Source: Xylanimonas sp. McL0601 (GTDB lineage Bacteria; Actinomycetota; Actinomycetes; Actinomycetales; Cellulomonadaceae). From it: a DNA stretch of 64,000 nucleotides. Of the stretch, positions 61,381-64,000 are shown piece after piece (positions within the stretch are counted from its first letter, which is position 1; each line of letters starts with the position of its first letter). The stretch lies in contig NZ_CP187527.1 of assembly GCF_049852175.1 (NCBI RefSeq), positions 181,104 to 245,103 on the forward strand. The letters run 5' to 3'. A model generated the notes under the pieces. It worked only from the letters and a program-made list of their open reading frames with translations. It ran no database searches and was not told the origin of the DNA. The position numbers and the translations under genes are program-made.

Positions 61381-61956
61381 CGAGGCCTCCGGCTCTCTCA
61401 CGATCCCGGTGTCGATCCCGGGTCGGGCGGGGACGAGGAGCCATCCCTCGTCCTGGTGGTAGGTGATGACCTGGCCTGTCTCGCGCAGCGTGCGCTCGAC
61501 ATGGTCGAGGTTCCGGCGCTCTTCGCCGGTGAGCGTGCGGCCCTGGGCCCGCCTGTGGAAAGCGAGGATGGCCCGTCGGTAGCCGCTCGAGCGGTGTTCC
61601 GGGCGCACTTCCCATGGGACCACTCGGCGCGTCGAGTGCTGCGCCGGCACGTCCGTGTGCCGCTTCCGGAACGTCGAGATCGCCTGAGGGGAGACCTCGA
61701 TGCCCTCGTGCTCGCGCAGGTGCTCGACGATCGCGCGCGGGCCGAGGCCCTCCTCGAGGAGGCGGATGACGAGGGCAGCCGGGAGCTTTCGGGCCATGTG
61801 CGGCACACTACACCGGGACAGTTCATTCACAAAGCGGAACTGGCGCGGAACCGTTCCTTGAACGTGAGTGTGTTGTGATACGCGTGCGGACAATGAACGA
61901 CAGAGGCCGGCGACCCGCTGTGCAGGTCACCGGCCTCGTCGTGCTGGAAGGTGCGC

Positions 61957-62292
61957 TCAGACGAGCACGGGCTCGATCTCCGCGAGCAGCGCCTTCTTGG
62001 GACGCGCGCCCACGATCGACTTCACCAGCTCGCCGTCCTTGTAGACGTTGAGGGTCGGGATCGAGACGACGCCGTACGCCATCGTCGTGGCCGGGTTGGC
62101 GTCGGTGTCGAGCTTGGCCACCTTGAGCTTGCCCGCGTACTCCTCGGCGATCTCCTCGAGGATCGGGGCCACCATGCGGCACGGGCCGCACCAGGTCGCC
62201 CAGAAGTCCACGAGGACGACGCCGTCGGCGTCGAGGACCTCGGTCTTGAACGTGTCGTCGGTGACGGCGACGGTCGCGTGGTTGTCGGTCAT
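61957..62292 (-). CDS. trxA: thioredoxin
   Basis: WCGPC active site; 111 aa. ATG overlaps the trxB stop (ATGA). Confidence 0.9.
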   Translation of the reverse strand: MTDNHATVAVTDDTFKTEVLDADGVVLVDFWATWCGPCRMVAPILEEIAEEYAGKLKVAKLDTDANPATTMAYGVVSIPTLNVYKDGELVKSIVGARPKKALLAEIEPVLV

Positions 62293-63296
62293 GCGTACTC
62301 CTTCGCAAGCTCCGGCGTGGTGTCGCCGGGGACGTCGTCCAGCGCGGTCAGGTAGGCCTGCGCGTCGAGGGCCGCAGAGCAGCCGGAACCGGCCGCGGTG
62401 ATCGCCTGGCGGTAGGTGTGGTCGACGGCGTCGCCGCACGCGAACACGCCCGGGAGGTTCGTGCGGGTCGACCGGCCCTCGACCAGGATGTAACCCTCGT
62501 CGTCCAGGTCGACCTGGCCCTTGACCAGCTCCGTGCGGGGCTCGTGGCCGATGGCGACGAACAGGCCCGTCACGGACATCTCGCGCTCCTCGCCCGTGAC
62601 GGTGTCGCGCAGCGTCAGCGCCGAGACCTGGTTCTCGCCCGTGATGCCCGCGACCTCGCTGTTCCACGCGAAGTCGATCTTCGGGTTCGCCAGGGCGCGC
62701 TCAGCCATGATCTTCGAGGCACGCAGCGAGTCACGGCGGTGCACGACGGTCACCTTCGAGGCGAACCGGGTGAGGAACGTGGCCTCTTCCATCGCGGAGT
62801 CGCCACCGCCGACGACGGCGATGTTCTGCTCGCGGAAGAAGAACCCGTCACAGGTGGCGCACCAGGAGACGCCACGGCCGGAGAGGCGCTTCTCGTCCTC
62901 GAGGCCCAGCTCACGGTAGGCGGAGCCGGTCGCGAGGATGACGCTGCGGGCGAGGTACGTCTCGTCGCTGCCCGTGACGATCGTCTTCACGTCGCCCGTC
63001 AGGTCGACGCGCTCGGCGTCGTCCCACACCACCTCGGCGCCGAACTTCTCGGCCTGCTCACGCATCTTGTCCATGAGGTCGGGGCCCATGACGGCCTCGG
63101 GGAACCCGGGGAAGTTCTCGACCTCGGTGGTGTTCATGAGCGCGCCGCCAGCGGTCACGGACCCGGCGATCACGACGGGCGCCAGACCGGCGCGCGCCGC
63201 GTACACGGCGGCCGTGTAACCGGCGGGACCCGAGCCGACGATGACGACGTCGTGGATCGTGGGCGTAGTGACGTTCTCGGTCACGCTGTCAGTCAC
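62289..63296 (-). CDS. trxB: thioredoxin-disulfide reductase
   Basis: GSGPAG FAD motif, CATC redox centre, GGGDSA NADPH motif. GTG 63296 with GAAGGAG RBS. Confidence 0.9.
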   Translation of the reverse strand: MTDSVTENVTTPTIHDVVIVGSGPAGYTAAVYAARAGLAPVVIAGSVTAGGALMNTTEVENFPGFPEAVMGPDLMDKMREQAEKFGAEVVWDDAERVDLTGDVKTIVTGSDETYLARSVILATGSAYRELGLEDEKRLSGRGVSWCATCDGFFFREQNIAVVGGGDSAMEEATFLTRFASKVTVVHRRDSLRASKIMAERALANPKIDFAWNSEVAGITGENQVSALTLRDTVTGEEREMSVTGLFVAIGHEPRTELVKGQVDLDDEGYILVEGRSTRTNLPGVFACGDAVDHTYRQAITAAGSGCSAALDAQAYLTALDDVPGDTTPELAKEYA

Positions 63297-63434
63297 AGTG
63301 TCTCCTTCTTGCGGTGGTCGCCGGCCGTCCGGCGCACGGCGACGGCGTTGCACCGCCTGCGTAACACGCCCGGGGGCGCCGATGTTCCGTGCGACCGGTC
63401 ACCGCCAGGCAAGGGGGCAGGCCGCGCCGGGTTC

Positions 63435-64000
63435 CTACTGCACGGTGATCTCGTTGAGCTCGAGCCGGTTCTTGCCCGACGACTGCGGCAGCTCCGTGAC
63501 CCAGACCACGAACGAGTCGCCCACCTCGGGCTGCGCGAACGTCAGCTCGGTGGTCGGCGAGATCGGGCCTTCGGCGAGCACCGGGCCCTCGGTCGGCTTG
63601 TCGACGGTGGTCTTCCGGATCTCGACGTGCCCGCCCTGGCTGTTGGTCAGCAGCGTGATCTTGGTGACCGGGGCCGCCTCGCGCAGCGTCACCGCGAGGC
63701 CGACGCCCTGGCGGAGGCCGGAGAAGTCCGGCTGGTTGTACGTGCAGGTGAACCAAAACGTCGACGGGTCGCCGTCGACGGCGAGCGGAGCCGCCTCGGG
63801 CTGCTCGCCGCGGCAGTTCGCGGCCGGGCCGATCTGCTGGGCGCCGGCGATGATCGGCCGGGCCTCTGCGGGTGTCGCCGAGGGGGAGGTCGTCTTCCCG
63901 TCCGAGGCACCGGGCGACGGCGAAGCCGCGGTCGTCACGCTGGTTGCGGGGGAGAACGGCGCGAGGGCCTGCGTGATCGCCCAGCCTGCGCCGACGATCA
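63435..64000 (-). CDS. partial CDS (5' end beyond window): secreted protein with C-terminal discoidin/F5-8-type-C-like beta-sandwich domain
   Basis: C-terminal 120 aa looks like a carbohydrate-binding beta-sandwich (DGDPSTFWFT...VTLRE...VVWVTEL); open to the window edge. Confidence 0.3.
   Translation of the reverse strand, partial: IVGAGWAITQALAPFSPATSVTTAASPSPGASDGKTTSPSATPAEARPIIAGAQQIGPAANCRGEQPEAAPLAVDGDPSTFWFTCTYNQPDFSGLRQGVGLAVTLREAAPVTKITLLTNSQGGHVEIRKTTVDKPTEGPVLAEGPISPTTELTFAQPEVGDSFVVWVTELPQSSGKNRLELNEITVQ

Overview
High-GC (about 70%) actinobacterial chromosome segment, Micrococcales-like, spanning the replication-origin neighbourhood. The conserved core is readable directly from the sequence. 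On the minus strand the order is dnaA, oriC (DnaA-box cluster), dnaN, a gnd-like 6PGDH, recF, DciA/DUF721, gyrB, gyrA, DUF3566, tRNA-Ile, tRNA-Ala. Upstream of dnaA on the plus strand run rpmH, rnpA, yidD, yidC, jag, rsmG, parA, parB with six parS sites, then ddl, an aminotransferase, trxA and trxB. Further left sit the tRNA-Leu–fhaA–fhaB–pstP–rodA–pbpA–pknA–pknB cell-wall/STPK cluster and a trpG–small membrane protein–sortase–DUF881–crgA–rhomboid–ppiA block. Accessory or mosaic material shows up at four places. (1) A roughly 2.1 kb integrase-less mini-island bounded by a 40-nt direct repeat of the tRNA-Ala 3' end, carrying one Schlafen/AlbA_2-like plus HATPase_c_4 plus wHTH ATP-binding protein. 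(2) A lower-GC3 paralog of that protein at 7.1–8.6 kb next to an ISAs1-family IS, gene remnants, and a composite repeat family A/B/C sharing a CTCACGTG core, one copy directly abutting the tRNA-Leu 3' end. (3) A 786-aa secreted protein built of Cys-pair tandem repeats inserted between gyrB and dciA in the otherwise invariant origin core. (4) A frameshifted flotillin, a truncated FtsX permease and a two-fragment gene scar. No CRISPR array and no rRNA were found. All calls rest on reading the translations and DNA directly; no database searches were run.
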